Shown here one piece after another: positions 28,340-39,306 of a stretch of 64,000 nucleotides of DNA. Source of the stretch: Candidatus Bathyarchaeia archaeon (GTDB lineage: Archaea; Thermoproteota; Bathyarchaeia; Bathyarchaeales; Bathycorpusculaceae); NCBI GenBank assembly GCA_038882955.1, contig JAVZNC010000005.1:1-64000 (forward strand), in the 5' to 3' direction. The translations under genes and the position numbers were made by a program. The stretch's first letter is position 1. Every line of letters starts with the position of its first letter. The notes below the pieces were generated by a model that saw only the letters and a list, made by a program, of their open reading frames with translations, did no database searches and was not told the origin of the DNA.

Positions 28340-29569
28340 ATGGCAAAATATCTAACTCTGGATGATGTCAAGGTCAAGGACAAAGTTGTGCTTGTTAGAG
28401 TTGACTTTAACTCGCCAGTAGACCCGGAAAGCAAAAAAGTTCTGGATGACTCGCGAATCCGAGCACATGGCGAGTCAACAATAAAGGAGTTGGCAGAGAA
28501 GGGTGCAAAAGTCGTTGTTTTGGCGCATCAAGGGCGAAAGGGTGACCCAGACTTTATACCGTTGAAGCAGCATGCGGAAATCCTTGGAAAAGTTTTAGGT
28601 AAACCAGTCAAGTATGTTGATGATGTTTTCGGAGAAAAAGCCAAAGAAGCAATTAAGGGTTTGAAAAGCGGCGAAATACTTGTTCTAGACAATGTTAGAA
28701 ACCTCGTCGGAGAAACAAAAGAAGGGACACCAGAACAGCACGCAGAAACGGAACTTGTCAAAAACCTTGCACCACTAGCTAACATCTTCGTAAACGACGC
28801 GTTTGCAGCAGCACACAGAGCGCACGCGTCAATCATAGGTTTTACGGCGGTGCTGCCAAGCGTTGCTGGACGCATAATGGAAAGAGAACTCAAATCCTTA
28901 AGCAGAGTGCTTGAGAAACCAGAAAAACCATGCGTCTTCATCTTCGGCGGAGCAAAAGGCGACGACTCACTGGAAATATCACGCTATGTTCTAGGCAACA
29001 AAATAGCAGACTACGTGCTCACGGGCGGCGTCATCGGTCAACTCTTCTTGGCGGCAAAGGGCGTTAACCTTGGAAAACCCAACATGGAATTCCTAGAAAA
29101 GAAGGAGCTTGTGGGCTTGCTGCCGGGAATAAAGGAGCTGATGCAAAAGTATCCAGGCAAGATAAGGACGCCAGTGGATGTTGCCGTTGAGGCTGATGGA
29201 AAGAGAAAAGAGATTTCCGTTGACTCGTTGCCGACGAACTATCAGATGTTTGACATTGGGGCAAAAACAGTCGAGGAATACGCGAAAATAATCAGAAACG
29301 CGAAATCTATTGTTGTAAGTGGACCTATGGGAGTTTTCGAGAGAAGCGAATTCGTTTTCGGAACAAAAAGGATATTCGAGGAAATTGCAAATTCGAAGGC
29401 TTTCTCGCTTGCTGGTGGAGGACACACGATAGCAGCGCTGCAAGAGCTCGGATTATCAAACCGAATATCCTACGTAAGTACGGCTGGAGGCGCACTAATA
29501 GAATTTCTAATGGGAAAGAAGTTGCCGGGCGTTGTGGCTCTGGAAAAAGCCGCCGCGAAAAAGGCTTAG
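28340..29569 (+). CDS. pgk: Phosphoglycerate kinase
   Basis: Motifs LVRVDFNSP, AHQGR, NDAFAAAHR, GGAK, GPMGVFE and STAGGA. Confidence 0.96.
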   Translation: MAKYLTLDDVKVKDKVVLVRVDFNSPVDPESKKVLDDSRIRAHGESTIKELAEKGAKVVVLAHQGRKGDPDFIPLKQHAEILGKVLGKPVKYVDDVFGEKAKEAIKGLKSGEILVLDNVRNLVGETKEGTPEQHAETELVKNLAPLANIFVNDAFAAAHRAHASIIGFTAVLPSVAGRIMERELKSLSRVLEKPEKPCVFIFGGAKGDDSLEISRYVLGNKIADYVLTGGVIGQLFLAAKGVNLGKPNMEFLEKKELVGLLPGIKELMQKYPGKIRTPVDVAVEADGKRKEISVDSLPTNYQMFDIGAKTVEEYAKIIRNAKSIVVSGPMGVFERSEFVFGTKRIFEEIANSKAFSLAGGGHTIAALQELGLSNRISYVSTAGGALIEFLMGKKLPGVVALEKAAAKKA

Positions 29570-29584
29570 CGTATTTTCCCTTTT

Positions 29585-30883
29585 TTATGTTCTTGTAATT
29601 TTTTCCATAAGGTCTACGACGCGGCACTCATCATGTTCTCTGGGATGCTGAAGTTTGCTGTATATTTCAAGTGTTTGCTCTGCGGCTTTTCTCCATGTAA
29701 AGTATTGCAGAACGCGTTTTCTACCGTTTTCTCCCCACTTTTTGGCTCTCTCTGAATCACACAGAACTTCCTTTATTCCCCATGCAATGTCTGCTGGGTT
29801 TCCCCCGTTAACATGAACTCCGTTCTGATCTGGACCGTATGGAACAACCTGTTCTCTGAAGCCAACGACGCCTTGTGCACCGACAACTATTGGTTTTGCC
29901 ATTGCCATGGCTTCTAGGCTTACTATTCCAAATGGCTCGTATGTTGATGGGAAAACGCAAACGTCTGAAGCCGCGTAGTGTAGTATGCGTTCTTTTTCTG
30001 GAACGAAATCGAATCTGCAGACTATGTTCTTGCTTATTCCAAGCCTATTCGCAGCTTCAACAATGTCGTTTTGTTGTTCACCCTTGCCCAAAATCACAAG
30101 CTTGGCGTTTGGATGTTCACTTAAAACCATGGGCACCGCTTGAACAAGGTTTATGACGCCTTTAACCCACGTGAGCCTACCGAGAAAGAGAATCATCTTT
30201 TCGTCTGATTTTATGTTATACTTGTTGCGGATGGCTTCAACTTCCTCAGTCTTGCAATTTTTTGGGTTATAACGTTCTGGGTCTACACCGTTCCATACAA
30301 CGCTTATTCTCGATTTTGGCCATCCATGCCGGACAAGGTCTTCTTGCATGGCATGACTCACAGTTATTATTCTATCGGCTTTTTGGGATGTCTCCCACTC
30401 CAAATACGAGACAACCTCGGAGCCGTGTCCCCCGCTTCGACCCCATTCGGTGCTGTGAACGTGGAAGGCGACTGGAACCTTTGTTTCGTTTTTCACTAGG
30501 ATTCCAGCGATGCTGCTAAGCCAGTCGTGAACACATACAACGTCGTAGTTGCATCCTTCCTTTTTCAACATGCTGTTTATGAATTTTGTTGCGCTCAGAA
30601 TGTTGTAGATGAAGATGTCGTTGAACAAGCGAATGTTGGTTCCCCACTTCTTCAAGTCGTCAATGACAAACATTGGAAAGACGTTGCTGGCGTTTACGAT
30701 TAAGGGTCTGTGAACCTCAACGCCCCTAACAATTTCTCGGGTCTTCAAGTTTCCGGGGTTAAGCGTAAAAACAGTTACGTCATGTCCCATGGAAACAAAT
30801 TCGCGGGTAATATAATCGGCATAGGTGCCCAAACCGCCGACAAGAGCTGGAGGATACTCCCAGACAAAGAATCCAATTCTCAA
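29585..30883 (-). CDS. GT4 glycosyltransferase (probable glycogen synthase)
   Basis: Motifs WEYPP..GGLG, HDW, GRLTWVKG and YEPFGIVSLEAMA. Confidence 0.9.
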   Translation of the reverse strand: MRIGFFVWEYPPALVGGLGTYADYITREFVSMGHDVTVFTLNPGNLKTREIVRGVEVHRPLIVNASNVFPMFVIDDLKKWGTNIRLFNDIFIYNILSATKFINSMLKKEGCNYDVVCVHDWLSSIAGILVKNETKVPVAFHVHSTEWGRSGGHGSEVVSYLEWETSQKADRIITVSHAMQEDLVRHGWPKSRISVVWNGVDPERYNPKNCKTEEVEAIRNKYNIKSDEKMILFLGRLTWVKGVINLVQAVPMVLSEHPNAKLVILGKGEQQNDIVEAANRLGISKNIVCRFDFVPEKERILHYAASDVCVFPSTYEPFGIVSLEAMAMAKPIVVGAQGVVGFREQVVPYGPDQNGVHVNGGNPADIAWGIKEVLCDSERAKKWGENGRKRVLQYFTWRKAAEQTLEIYSKLQHPREHDECRVVDLMEKITRT

Positions 30884-30935
30884 ACAAAAGCCATCCGAGT
30901 AAGTAAAAGAGTAAATAAATGGTGCGGCAGATGTT

Positions 30936-31646
30936 TTAGAACAGCTTTAGCTTCCTTTTCGGCTGCTCTGCTGGTTCTTGTTTAACTGGTTTTTCCTCTT
31001 TTGGCTCTGGTGGCGGCGGAAATGGTGGGGACTCCTCTTTTGGTGTTTCTTTCATTGGTGGCGGTGTTGGTTTTGGTTCTTCCTTCTTCTCAACAGTTGG
31101 CGGCGCGGGCATAGGCTCCTTCTTTTTTATGGGTTTCGGTTCACGTTTCTTCTCAACTGGTTTTTCCTCTTTCTCCTTTGGTTTCTCTGGCAGCGTCCAA
31201 GTAAAAATAGGTTGGAGGTGGAGCCCCTTGTGGTCTCCGAGTTTTAGGTATTCCCACTCATATAGGTCAACGCGTATGCCTTTCATTCCTTCAACGGCAA
31301 GGCGCAAAGCATCCGAGAAATGTGGCGCAATAAGTATAAGCCTTGGTTTAGCTTTGTCGTCAATTTTGTGTTTGTTGTATGTTGCTTTCAGGAATGATTT
31401 GAACTTGTCAACGTAGTCTATGCTTTGGATTCCATGCAGGAACATGGTGTCGTCCTCTTCGACGCTTATTTGAACTATGACCAGTTGTCCATTATCGTCG
31501 TGGCAAAGAATGTCAAGAACTGCTTTCTCGTTTATCGGTATATTGCTGCAGATGACCGTTAGGTTTTTCTCCACCTTATTTATCTCGCTGGTTATCAGCT
31601 GTTCCAGTTCATGGCGGTTTTCAACTTTCAGTTTCTCGATTGACAA
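30936..31646 (-). CDS. NucS/RecB-like nuclease-fold protein (degenerate active site) with a Pro/Lys/Glu-rich tail
   Basis: LDILCHDDNGQLVIVQIS ... PRLILIAP pattern. The last ~80 aa are low-complexity P/E/K. The TTG start follows a GGTGA RBS. Confidence 0.65.
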   Translation of the reverse strand: MSIEKLKVENRHELEQLITSEINKVEKNLTVICSNIPINEKAVLDILCHDDNGQLVIVQISVEEDDTMFLHGIQSIDYVDKFKSFLKATYNKHKIDDKAKPRLILIAPHFSDALRLAVEGMKGIRVDLYEWEYLKLGDHKGLHLQPIFTWTLPEKPKEKEEKPVEKKREPKPIKKKEPMPAPPTVEKKEEPKPTPPPMKETPKEESPPFPPPPEPKEEKPVKQEPAEQPKRKLKLF

Positions 31647-31801
31647 ACGGTTCACCTTTTTGTTATGGAAGTTGCGTGCAACGGATAAATAAATTATGAA
31701 TTCAAAATCCGAATCAAACATAAAAATTACTGAAACAGCATAAAACTAAACAAATAACTAAAATAAACAGCACACGATAAATGGGAGATAGAGGCTAAGC
31801 T

Positions 31802-33349
31802 TTGACAGACATAGTATTCATATTTGAAGTTCACCAGCCGCATAGGCTAAAGAAGAACTTTTTCTGGGAAAACGAAACTTTTAGGCACGTAAGAAAAAAT
31901 GAGCTGTTCGATTATTATTTTGATAAAGCTGTTAATAAGGAAGTATTCGAGAGAGCATGCAGAAAATGTTATTTTCCTTCAAACCAGATATTGCTCGAGC
32001 TGATAGACGCGTATAAAAGGGAGAAAAAGCAAGCCAAATTTTCGTTCAGCATATCTGGCATTTTCCTAGAACAATGCGAAATGTTCAACAAAGATGTTCT
32101 AGAATCCTTTAAACAACTCGCAGAAACTGGATGCGTAGAATTTCTAAGCCAAACGTACTACCACTCGCTTGCAAGCCTATACCCCGAAAGAGGAGAATTT
32201 ATTGAACAAGTGAAAATGCACAGACAAACAGTGAGGGATTTGCTTGGATATACACCAACGGTTTTCGAGAACACGGAGCTATTGTATAACAATGCCATAG
32301 CAAAAACAGCTGAAGAGATGGGATACAAGGGCATATTCACAGAGGGTGTGGAAAAAATACTTCATGAAAAATCGCCAAATTACCTCTACAAACCCAAAAA
32401 CTGCCAAAAAATCAAAGTTCTGCTGAGAAATTACAAGCTCACAGACGACGTAGGATTTAGGTTCTCGGCAAGATGGTGGAGCGAGTGGCCACTAACAGCA
32501 GACAAATACGCTAGCTGGCTTGCGGCAACACCAGGGCAGTGCATAAACATATTTCCAGACTATGAAACTTTCGGCGAGCACCATTGGCCAGAAACTGGCA
32601 TCCACGAGTTTTTGAGACATTTGCCAAAGGAAATTTTGAAGTGGTGGCACCTGCACATGGCAACACCGTCAGAGGTCGTAGATAAATACGCGGTTTCTGG
32701 AGAAATAGACGTTCCAGAGCTCGGCGGAACAGTTTCATGGGCTGACTTGGAAAGAGACGCGAGCTGCTGGCTTGGAAACACCATGCAGTGGGCTTATTAC
32801 ACTGGCATAAGAAGACTTGAACCCTTGATAAGGGAGGCAGAAGACAAAGAGCTTCTGCAGATATGGCGTTACCTACAGACAAGCGACCACTTGTACTATA
32901 TGTTTACGGCTGGAGGCGGACCAGGAGAGGTTCACTCCTACTTCAGTCCTTTCAACTCGCCCGCAGACGCATTTGTAACCGCGCATGCAGTGGCTTTGGA
33001 TTTCGAAAACAGAGTAAAACTTGCAACTTCAGCTGCCAACGAGCCATTCCTATTCTATACTGGTGTTGGAAAGGACAAGTTTACGGGTGTTATGGCTTGG
33101 AGCCTAAAAGGCTTCATAGGCGCCCTCAAGAAAGTAGATGCAAAATCCATAGAATTTCACTGGCGCCGCGGCGACTTTGAACAGTGGGTTGAAAATTCGC
33201 TTCATGATAAACAGTTAGCGGATAAGCTGAAAAAGATTAAGGTTGAAAAACAAAAAGGGGAAGAACTGAGGAAATTATTGATTAAGGCTGCAAGTGAAAG
33301 GTTCGCTAAAATTGAAACGCAAGTACAAGAAGCAACAAGATATCTCTGA
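31802..33349 (+). CDS. GH57 alpha-amylase with a C-terminal DUF5752-like domain
   Basis: Motifs FEVHQP, TYYHS, ENTEL, DYETFGEH, SWAD and QTSDH. The C-terminal domain reads PFLFYTG...SIEFH..RGDFEQW. Confidence 0.92.
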   Translation: MTDIVFIFEVHQPHRLKKNFFWENETFRHVRKNELFDYYFDKAVNKEVFERACRKCYFPSNQILLELIDAYKREKKQAKFSFSISGIFLEQCEMFNKDVLESFKQLAETGCVEFLSQTYYHSLASLYPERGEFIEQVKMHRQTVRDLLGYTPTVFENTELLYNNAIAKTAEEMGYKGIFTEGVEKILHEKSPNYLYKPKNCQKIKVLLRNYKLTDDVGFRFSARWWSEWPLTADKYASWLAATPGQCINIFPDYETFGEHHWPETGIHEFLRHLPKEILKWWHLHMATPSEVVDKYAVSGEIDVPELGGTVSWADLERDASCWLGNTMQWAYYTGIRRLEPLIREAEDKELLQIWRYLQTSDHLYYMFTAGGGPGEVHSYFSPFNSPADAFVTAHAVALDFENRVKLATSAANEPFLFYTGVGKDKFTGVMAWSLKGFIGALKKVDAKSIEFHWRRGDFEQWVENSLHDKQLADKLKKIKVEKQKGEELRKLLIKAASERFAKIETQVQEATRYL

Positions 33350-33422
33350 AACAGCTAAAATGCACGCATTTATTTATAGGCGAAAAGCGCAAAACTATGT
33401 TCGGAGCGTCTAAGGTGAGAAT

Positions 33423-33674
33423 TTGAGGGAGGAGCTCCCGACATCAGAAAAAATCCTACAGACTTTGCACAATTTGTGTGCGACTGCCGCTGATTTGGCG
33501 AGAAGAAGCGAAGAACTAGCACAAGTTTTACAGCTTGATATCGGCGAGGTTGAGAGGACGCTTGACAACTATAAGATTGAGGGTTTTGTGGAAAGCTTCA
33601 TGGACAATGAGGGAAAAAAGCGGTATTACTTGACTGGACGTGGAATAATAAAGGTCTGTGCACTTTTCACGTAG
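33423..33674 (+). CDS. Small winged-helix protein
   Basis: Pattern EELAQVL...VERTL...GFVES...RYYLTGRG. Confidence 0.7.
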   Translation: MREELPTSEKILQTLHNLCATAADLARRSEELAQVLQLDIGEVERTLDNYKIEGFVESFMDNEGKKRYYLTGRGIIKVCALFT

Positions 33675-33683
33675 TGAAACACA

Positions 33684-34310
33684 ATGCGCGTAATAATCTT
33701 TTCATGGGAATATCCCCCGAGAATTGTTGGGCAACTTGCATATTACGTTAAGGAACTTGCAACCCAACTCGCAAAGAGCAATGTGGAAACTCATGTTGCT
33801 ACATATCATGACTATTTGACTGGAGAATCTGCCGAGCAGAACGGCGTAAAAACTTATAGAGTAACAAATCCCGTGCGCACGCACATAGGCGTTCTCACAT
33901 GGGTTTTAACATTAAACCAAGAAGTCGAAAGAGCAGCCGCGGACGTGTACTATACGGCAAATAAAAAAGTGGATTTGATAGATGCACATGATTGGCATTT
34001 CATCCCAGCGGCTGTAACTCTAAAAAAGGCGCTTGGCATACCATTCATCTATTCTGTTGAAAGCCTTGAAGAACACCGCTCACATGGGGCGGACTCGCCA
34101 TTTAACATGGCTATAAAAAGCATTGAGTGGCTTGGAATGTATGAAGCAAAAAGGCTTATCGTTAAATCGGAGTGGATGCGAGACGAAGTTTTTAGAATCT
34201 ACAAGGTTCCAATGGAAAAGATAAGCGTAGTAAAGCCGAAATCACAAGGATGGCTTAAAAATATTTTGGAGATATACTGCGAAGTAGCTGGAGGAAAAGC
34301 AACTACATGA
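33684..34310 (+). CDS. GT4 N-terminal-domain-only protein
   Basis: Has WEYPPRIVG and DAHDWH but lacks the nucleotide-sugar-binding (EPFG..E) domain. ATGA-coupled to the next gene. Confidence 0.8.
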   Translation: MRVIIFSWEYPPRIVGQLAYYVKELATQLAKSNVETHVATYHDYLTGESAEQNGVKTYRVTNPVRTHIGVLTWVLTLNQEVERAAADVYYTANKKVDLIDAHDWHFIPAAVTLKKALGIPFIYSVESLEEHRSHGADSPFNMAIKSIEWLGMYEAKRLIVKSEWMRDEVFRIYKVPMEKISVVKPKSQGWLKNILEIYCEVAGGKATT

Positions 34311-35512
34311 AAGACCTAACAGTTATGATGCTTACATGGGAGTTCCCGCCGCGAATAATCGGCGGAATCTCACCACACGTTTACAATTTATCCAAAAGTT
34401 TAGCTAAGAAAGGCGTCAAAGTTTATGTGGTTACATGCGATTTTCCAGGAGCACCGCAGCACGAGGTTTTAGACGGAGTTGATGTTTTTAGGGTTGATTC
34501 CTACAAGAATCCATCTCCAGACTTCGCCACTTGGGTTTACTTGATGAACGTTAACATGCAGAAGGAAGCAGCGGCGATAGTCCGCAGTTTAGGCGGGAAA
34601 GTTGACATTTTCCACGCGCATGATTGGCTTGTGGCAGACGCTGGAATAGGCTTAAAACACGTTTTTAGGAAACCGCTCTTGGCTACGATACATTCAACAG
34701 AAATTGGACGCAGAAACGGTATACATTTTGACTATGAACGGATGATTCACGAAACCGAGGCTTGGCTGACCTATGAAGCTTGGAAGGTTATATGCTGCAG
34801 CAACTTCATGGTTTCACATGTTAAATGGGCTTTTGGGCTTCCAGAAGACAAGCTTGTAATGGTTCCAAACGGCGTGAACGTCGACGTTTACGCGGGAAAC
34901 GAAGTAGAAGACTTGCAGCAGTTCAGAAGCAAATTTGCCTTACCAGAAGAGAAAATTGTGCTCTTTGTCGGGAGGCTCGTTTATGAAAAGGGCGTTCACG
35001 TGCTTGTGAATGCTGTTCCAAAAGTTTTGGAAAAAGTTAACGCGAAGTTCGTAATTGTGGGCAATGGTTACATGAAAGAGCAACTTTCAAGCTTAATCAG
35101 TAACATGGGCTTGTCCCACAAAGTGCTTTTCACGGGATTTGTTGACGACGAAACGCTGAGAAAACTGCAGAAATGCGCAGACGTTTCAGTTGTACCGTCG
35201 CTTTTCGAGCCTTTCGGCATAGTAGCCCTAGAAGCCATGGCAGCCAAAAGCCCAGTTGTAGTCTCGGACACTGGAGGCTTATCCGAAATTGTTGAGTATG
35301 ACGTTGACGGAGTAAAAGTCTACGTGAACAACCCAGAATCGCTGGCTTGGGGAATAACAAGGGTTTTAACAGACGAAAAATATGCAGATTGGATAAGGAA
35401 TAACGCCTTCAAAAAGGTTAAGGAAAAATACAACTGGGACGAAATAGCTAACCAAACAAGAAGAGTGTACGAAAACGTTTTAGAAGAATATTCGCGGAGC
35501 GCTTGGACTTAA
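34307..35512 (+). CDS. GT4 glycosyltransferase
   Basis: Motifs WEFPPRIIGG, HAHDW, VGRLVYEKG and FEPFGIVALEAMA. Confidence 0.92.
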   Translation: MKDLTVMMLTWEFPPRIIGGISPHVYNLSKSLAKKGVKVYVVTCDFPGAPQHEVLDGVDVFRVDSYKNPSPDFATWVYLMNVNMQKEAAAIVRSLGGKVDIFHAHDWLVADAGIGLKHVFRKPLLATIHSTEIGRRNGIHFDYERMIHETEAWLTYEAWKVICCSNFMVSHVKWAFGLPEDKLVMVPNGVNVDVYAGNEVEDLQQFRSKFALPEEKIVLFVGRLVYEKGVHVLVNAVPKVLEKVNAKFVIVGNGYMKEQLSSLISNMGLSHKVLFTGFVDDETLRKLQKCADVSVVPSLFEPFGIVALEAMAAKSPVVVSDTGGLSEIVEYDVDGVKVYVNNPESLAWGITRVLTDEKYADWIRNNAFKKVKEKYNWDEIANQTRRVYENVLEEYSRSAWT

Positions 35513-35513
35513 C

Positions 35514-36419
35514 CTACGGATACTTCACCTTTATCGCGCCGTATGGGCATGCGTCAACGCACTTCAAACAGTAAATGCACTCTGGGTCGCTGAACTTTTC
35601 CCATGGCAAATCCAAAATTTTAACGCGCATGGGACAAGCTTCAACACAAAGGCGACAAGAACCCTTGGCACATTTAGCTGGGTCTCTGCGCAGACCGATG
35701 AAGCTAAACTTATTCATTATAGCCATAATCGCCCCATGTGGACAGAAATACTTGCACCAACTTCTCGGAACATAAACTGCGAAAATTAGAACACCTACCA
35801 TGATGAAGATTTGAACCCAGAAAAGCGCCGGCAAGTTTCCTATTTGAGAAAGCACATCCAAAGTGCTTGTGCGAAAATCGTGAATTACGCGCGGTATCGT
35901 CCCAAAAAGAGTTTCCGCTGGGCTTATAGTGGTGAATGGTGCCTTGGCAAAAACGCCAAAAGCACTTTCATAGCTCTGATAAGCGCCAACAAGCCTTGAT
36001 GCAGAAAATGTTAGGCTAATAAACAAGGCTATGGCAAGAACAAAGTATTTCATGTAAAGCATGCTTTCGTGGGTGCGCGGCGAAACTTCCCCCTTCTTAC
36101 GTTTTATGAAACTTAACAGGTCTTGGATAAAGCCGAAGGGACAAATCCAACCGCATAAGGATTTGCCAAGCACCACGCCTACAACTAGAAACGAGGCGAA
36201 GGCTAACCATGGAAAAACAACATCATAAAGCATCAACTGTATGGCAGTGAAAGCGTCGCCCACAACGTTTTGTTGAAGTCCCCAAGTCCAGAGAATTGGA
36301 AGCAAAAGTGCCGTGCCAACATTAAAGATTGCAGCGCTAAACAGTATGAAGGAGACAAACTGGACAATTCTGCGTAAAGTATTAAACTTCAGTAAGCCTT
36401 GCTTGATTTTGCCGCTCAC
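35514..36419 (-). CDS. Membrane 4Fe-4S protein (NapH/MauN-like polyferredoxin)
   Basis: TM helices, CGWICPFG, WCKYFCPHG and two C-terminal ferredoxin motifs. Confidence 0.88.
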   Translation of the reverse strand: MSGKIKQGLLKFNTLRRIVQFVSFILFSAAIFNVGTALLLPILWTWGLQQNVVGDAFTAIQLMLYDVVFPWLAFASFLVVGVVLGKSLCGWICPFGFIQDLLSFIKRKKGEVSPRTHESMLYMKYFVLAIALFISLTFSASRLVGAYQSYESAFGVFAKAPFTTISPAETLFGTIPRVIHDFRTSTLDVLSQIGNLPALFWVQIFIMVGVLIFAVYVPRSWCKYFCPHGAIMAIMNKFSFIGLRRDPAKCAKGSCRLCVEACPMRVKILDLPWEKFSDPECIYCLKCVDACPYGAIKVKYP

Positions 36420-36463
36420 ATTCTTCGCCCCTTTTCAATGCGGATAACAAAAGACTCCGTTAT

Positions 36464-37834
36464 TTATTTTCCTATAGCTTTAACGTTTTCCACAAGCACC
36501 CACGGCGCAACAAGCTGACCAACCTTCCGCTCGTTATTCGCCAAACCAGAAATATTCTTTAACACGTCAAAAACGTTGCCAGCCAACATAACCCCCCTAA
36601 CGGCATGCGCAACAGCACCGCCCTTGATTCTCCATGCGGGAGTAGCTACAACAGAAAACTCCCCGCTTGCAGGATTACTACTATGAGCCCCCTGCAAAGA
36701 ATAAACAAGCAAGCCATCATCAACTTCGCCTAACAGCTCTTCTGGAGATTTCCTCCCGGGCATGAAGTGGAAGTTCGTTGTATCCACATATGGTGTTGAT
36801 AGGTATCCTGCTCTGAAGGAGTTTCCAGTGCTTTCTCGTCCCTCCTTTTTCGCCGTGTAGTTGTCATAGATGAAGCTGCGTAAAACGCCTTTCTCTACTA
36901 TTGGCGTTTTTTGCTGTGGGACGCCTTCGCCGTCGAATCCCCATGTGCGAAGACCACCACTTAATAAGCCATCGTCATAAACCGTCACAATTTCGGAAGC
37001 CACTTTTTCGCCAATTTTGCCCTTTAATGCTGACTGGTCTCTTTGAACGTAATCCGCTTTAACAGCATTCATCAACGTGAAATAAAGAAGTTCGTGAAAC
37101 GCAGCATGTGCAAACACAACATTCGTGCTTTTGGTTTCAAATTTTTTGGCTTTTAAAGCTGAACCTGCAAGTCTCGCTGCTTCTTTCCCAACCCATTCTG
37201 GGTCTATTTTATAGCTTCGTTCAGCATTAAACTCGAAGCATATCGGCGTTACTTCGCCGCTTTCCTGCCCAACTGTGGCTAAACTGCATTCAATTATTGT
37301 CCCTTTTTCAAAGCATGAAACACCATTTGAGTTTGCAACAGCCCTTACCAGTTCTGAGGCGCCAACTCCGCCTTCCACTGGGAAAACGCGTTTATCTGTT
37401 TCTTCAGCAGCATTCAACATTAATGAGGCTAGTTTCACCAAATCTTCGGATTGCAGTTCAGCAACTCTTCGGTCATAAACGTTCTCAACCAAAGCTTGAG
37501 GCTTTTTTGATGTGAGGCCACGCCAATTCTTGTCTGGCTTACTTGCCTTCGCAGCTTTCAAGGCATTCTGAACAGTCTTTTCGATTGCTTCCTTGCTTTC
37601 CAGAATATTCGTGTAAGCGAAGCCCAAAGCCTTGTTAACTATGGCTCTAACGCCTATTCCTTGGTCTATAATGCGCGAGTTACGCGCAACTTGTCCCCGC
37701 TCTATAATCACGTTTGTCGTCAAGCCTTGATACGCAAAAGCCTCAGCTTCATCAGCGCCAGCTTTTAAGGCTAACTGAACGGCACTCTCGATTGGGCTTA
37801 AGGTTTCATCTTTTTTAAGCGCTGCCACCAACAA
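36464..37834 (-). CDS. pmbA: TldE/PmbA family protein
   Basis: Motifs [28 protein letters not shown] and AGNVFD. There is no HExxxH. Confidence 0.88.
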   Translation of the reverse strand: MLVAALKKDETLSPIESAVQLALKAGADEAEAFAYQGLTTNVIIERGQVARNSRIIDQGIGVRAIVNKALGFAYTNILESKEAIEKTVQNALKAAKASKPDKNWRGLTSKKPQALVENVYDRRVAELQSEDLVKLASLMLNAAEETDKRVFPVEGGVGASELVRAVANSNGVSCFEKGTIIECSLATVGQESGEVTPICFEFNAERSYKIDPEWVGKEAARLAGSALKAKKFETKSTNVVFAHAAFHELLYFTLMNAVKADYVQRDQSALKGKIGEKVASEIVTVYDDGLLSGGLRTWGFDGEGVPQQKTPIVEKGVLRSFIYDNYTAKKEGRESTGNSFRAGYLSTPYVDTTNFHFMPGRKSPEELLGEVDDGLLVYSLQGAHSSNPASGEFSVVATPAWRIKGGAVAHAVRGVMLAGNVFDVLKNISGLANNERKVGQLVAPWVLVENVKAIGK

Positions 37835-39197
37835 GCACCTCCCTCACTCTAATGTGTGGGCCACCATCGCAAACGAAGGCTGTCTGCCCTTTCCCGCATC
37901 TTCCAGGCCAAAGTTCAAAGTCTTTTCCAACAGCGTCAACTTTCAAAAGGGTTTCAAGTGTGTTTCCGCTTATTGAAGCGTTGCGAACAGCCTCACCCAA
38001 TTCACCGTTAACGATTTCGTAGGCTTCTTGAATGCCCACTTGAAAAGTGCCATCCAAGTTTGCTTGACCGCCCCTGAAACTTTTGAGGTAATAACCAAAC
38101 TTTATATTTTCAATTAGTTCTTCGAGCGAGTGATCTTTTGGCTCCATGTAGGTGTTGCGCATGCGGATTATGGGTTCAGCGCGGAAATCTTCAGCCCTCA
38201 TATTTCCGGTTGGTTGCATGTCAAATTTCTGTGCAGTTTCTCTGCTGTGCATGAGGCCGACTACAACGCCCTTGTTCACGAGAAGCGTTTTCTGCGCTGG
38301 AACACCCTCATCATCATATTTAAATGAACCGAAAGCGCCTCCTATTGTGCCATCATCATACAATGTGACAATATCGGATGCTATTTTCTTTCCAATTTTT
38401 CCCAACAGCACCGAGCCGGACAGTGTGAGGTCTGCTTCAGCTAGATGCCCAAATGCCTCGTGGACAAATACGCCTACAACATTTGGCCCTATAACTGCCG
38501 GGAAAGAGCCGCCTTTCGGAGTTTTTGCTTTAAGCTGTTCAACTGCACGTTTTGCGACTCTTTCGCCAACAACTTCTGGAGTTTCCACATCAAATATTTC
38601 ATAGCCAGAGGTTGAACCTATTTCTTCTCGGCTGAAAGAGAATGTTTCTCCCATTTTCGCTGTGGCTGTTATCCTTGACCAAACATAAAGCTTGTCTTGT
38701 TCAATGTATGTGCCCTCATTGTTTATGAAGTAGTTTTTTCCAGTCATGTCTAGATAATCTATCGTGCAGCTTTTTACGCTCTTGTCATAATTTAAAATGT
38801 TGTTGTTTATGGCTAGAGTCAAATTTATTTTGTCTTCAACCGGAATTTCTGATGGGTCTTTCCGCGGTTTGACTATAACCTTGTCCTCGACAGCCTTGAC
38901 CTTTGCCAGCTTTATTGGGTTTCGCAGTTTAGAACTTGCGGTTTTAGCCATCTTACACGCAGACGAAACCGCTTCAAGCAAACTTTTGGTTTCAAAACTT
39001 CCGACAGAAGCAAAACCCCAAGCACCGTTCACAAGAACCCTCAATGCCACGCCATTTTCTATTCCCTGTCGTGCAGCCTCAACGTGTCCTTCTTTAACAG
39101 TTAACGTTGTCTTAAAAATTTCCTGCGCCCGAGCCTCAGCATAATCGGCGCCAAGTTCTTGGGCTTTGTTTACAAATTTGAGCAGAGCATCTTTCAA
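37815..39197 (-). CDS. tldD: TldD family metalloprotease
   Basis: Motifs [21 protein letters not shown] and CGKGQ. Confidence 0.92.
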   Translation of the reverse strand: MKDALLKFVNKAQELGADYAEARAQEIFKTTLTVKEGHVEAARQGIENGVALRVLVNGAWGFASVGSFETKSLLEAVSSACKMAKTASSKLRNPIKLAKVKAVEDKVIVKPRKDPSEIPVEDKINLTLAINNNILNYDKSVKSCTIDYLDMTGKNYFINNEGTYIEQDKLYVWSRITATAKMGETFSFSREEIGSTSGYEIFDVETPEVVGERVAKRAVEQLKAKTPKGGSFPAVIGPNVVGVFVHEAFGHLAEADLTLSGSVLLGKIGKKIASDIVTLYDDGTIGGAFGSFKYDDEGVPAQKTLLVNKGVVVGLMHSRETAQKFDMQPTGNMRAEDFRAEPIIRMRNTYMEPKDHSLEELIENIKFGYYLKSFRGGQANLDGTFQVGIQEAYEIVNGELGEAVRNASISGNTLETLLKVDAVGKDFELWPGRCGKGQTAFVCDGGPHIRVREVLVGGSA

Positions 39198-39306
39198 GTA
39201 GAGCCTTCCCTTCCAAACTGGTTTAGGGAAGGAATATTTGAAAACAAGTTATAAAAGTTGTTGTGAAACAGCCTTAAACCTTGCAAAATTAAGTTTAAAT
39301 GACTGC

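Noticed and set aside
30940-31190. DNA tandem repeat
   Set aside because: The low complexity is explained by the P/E/K-rich protein tail; there is no regular nucleotide unit.
33684-35512. Frameshifted single GT4 gene or stop-codon readthrough
   Set aside because: The second ORF is complete with its own N-terminal domain, so the two are paralogs and not halves of one gene.
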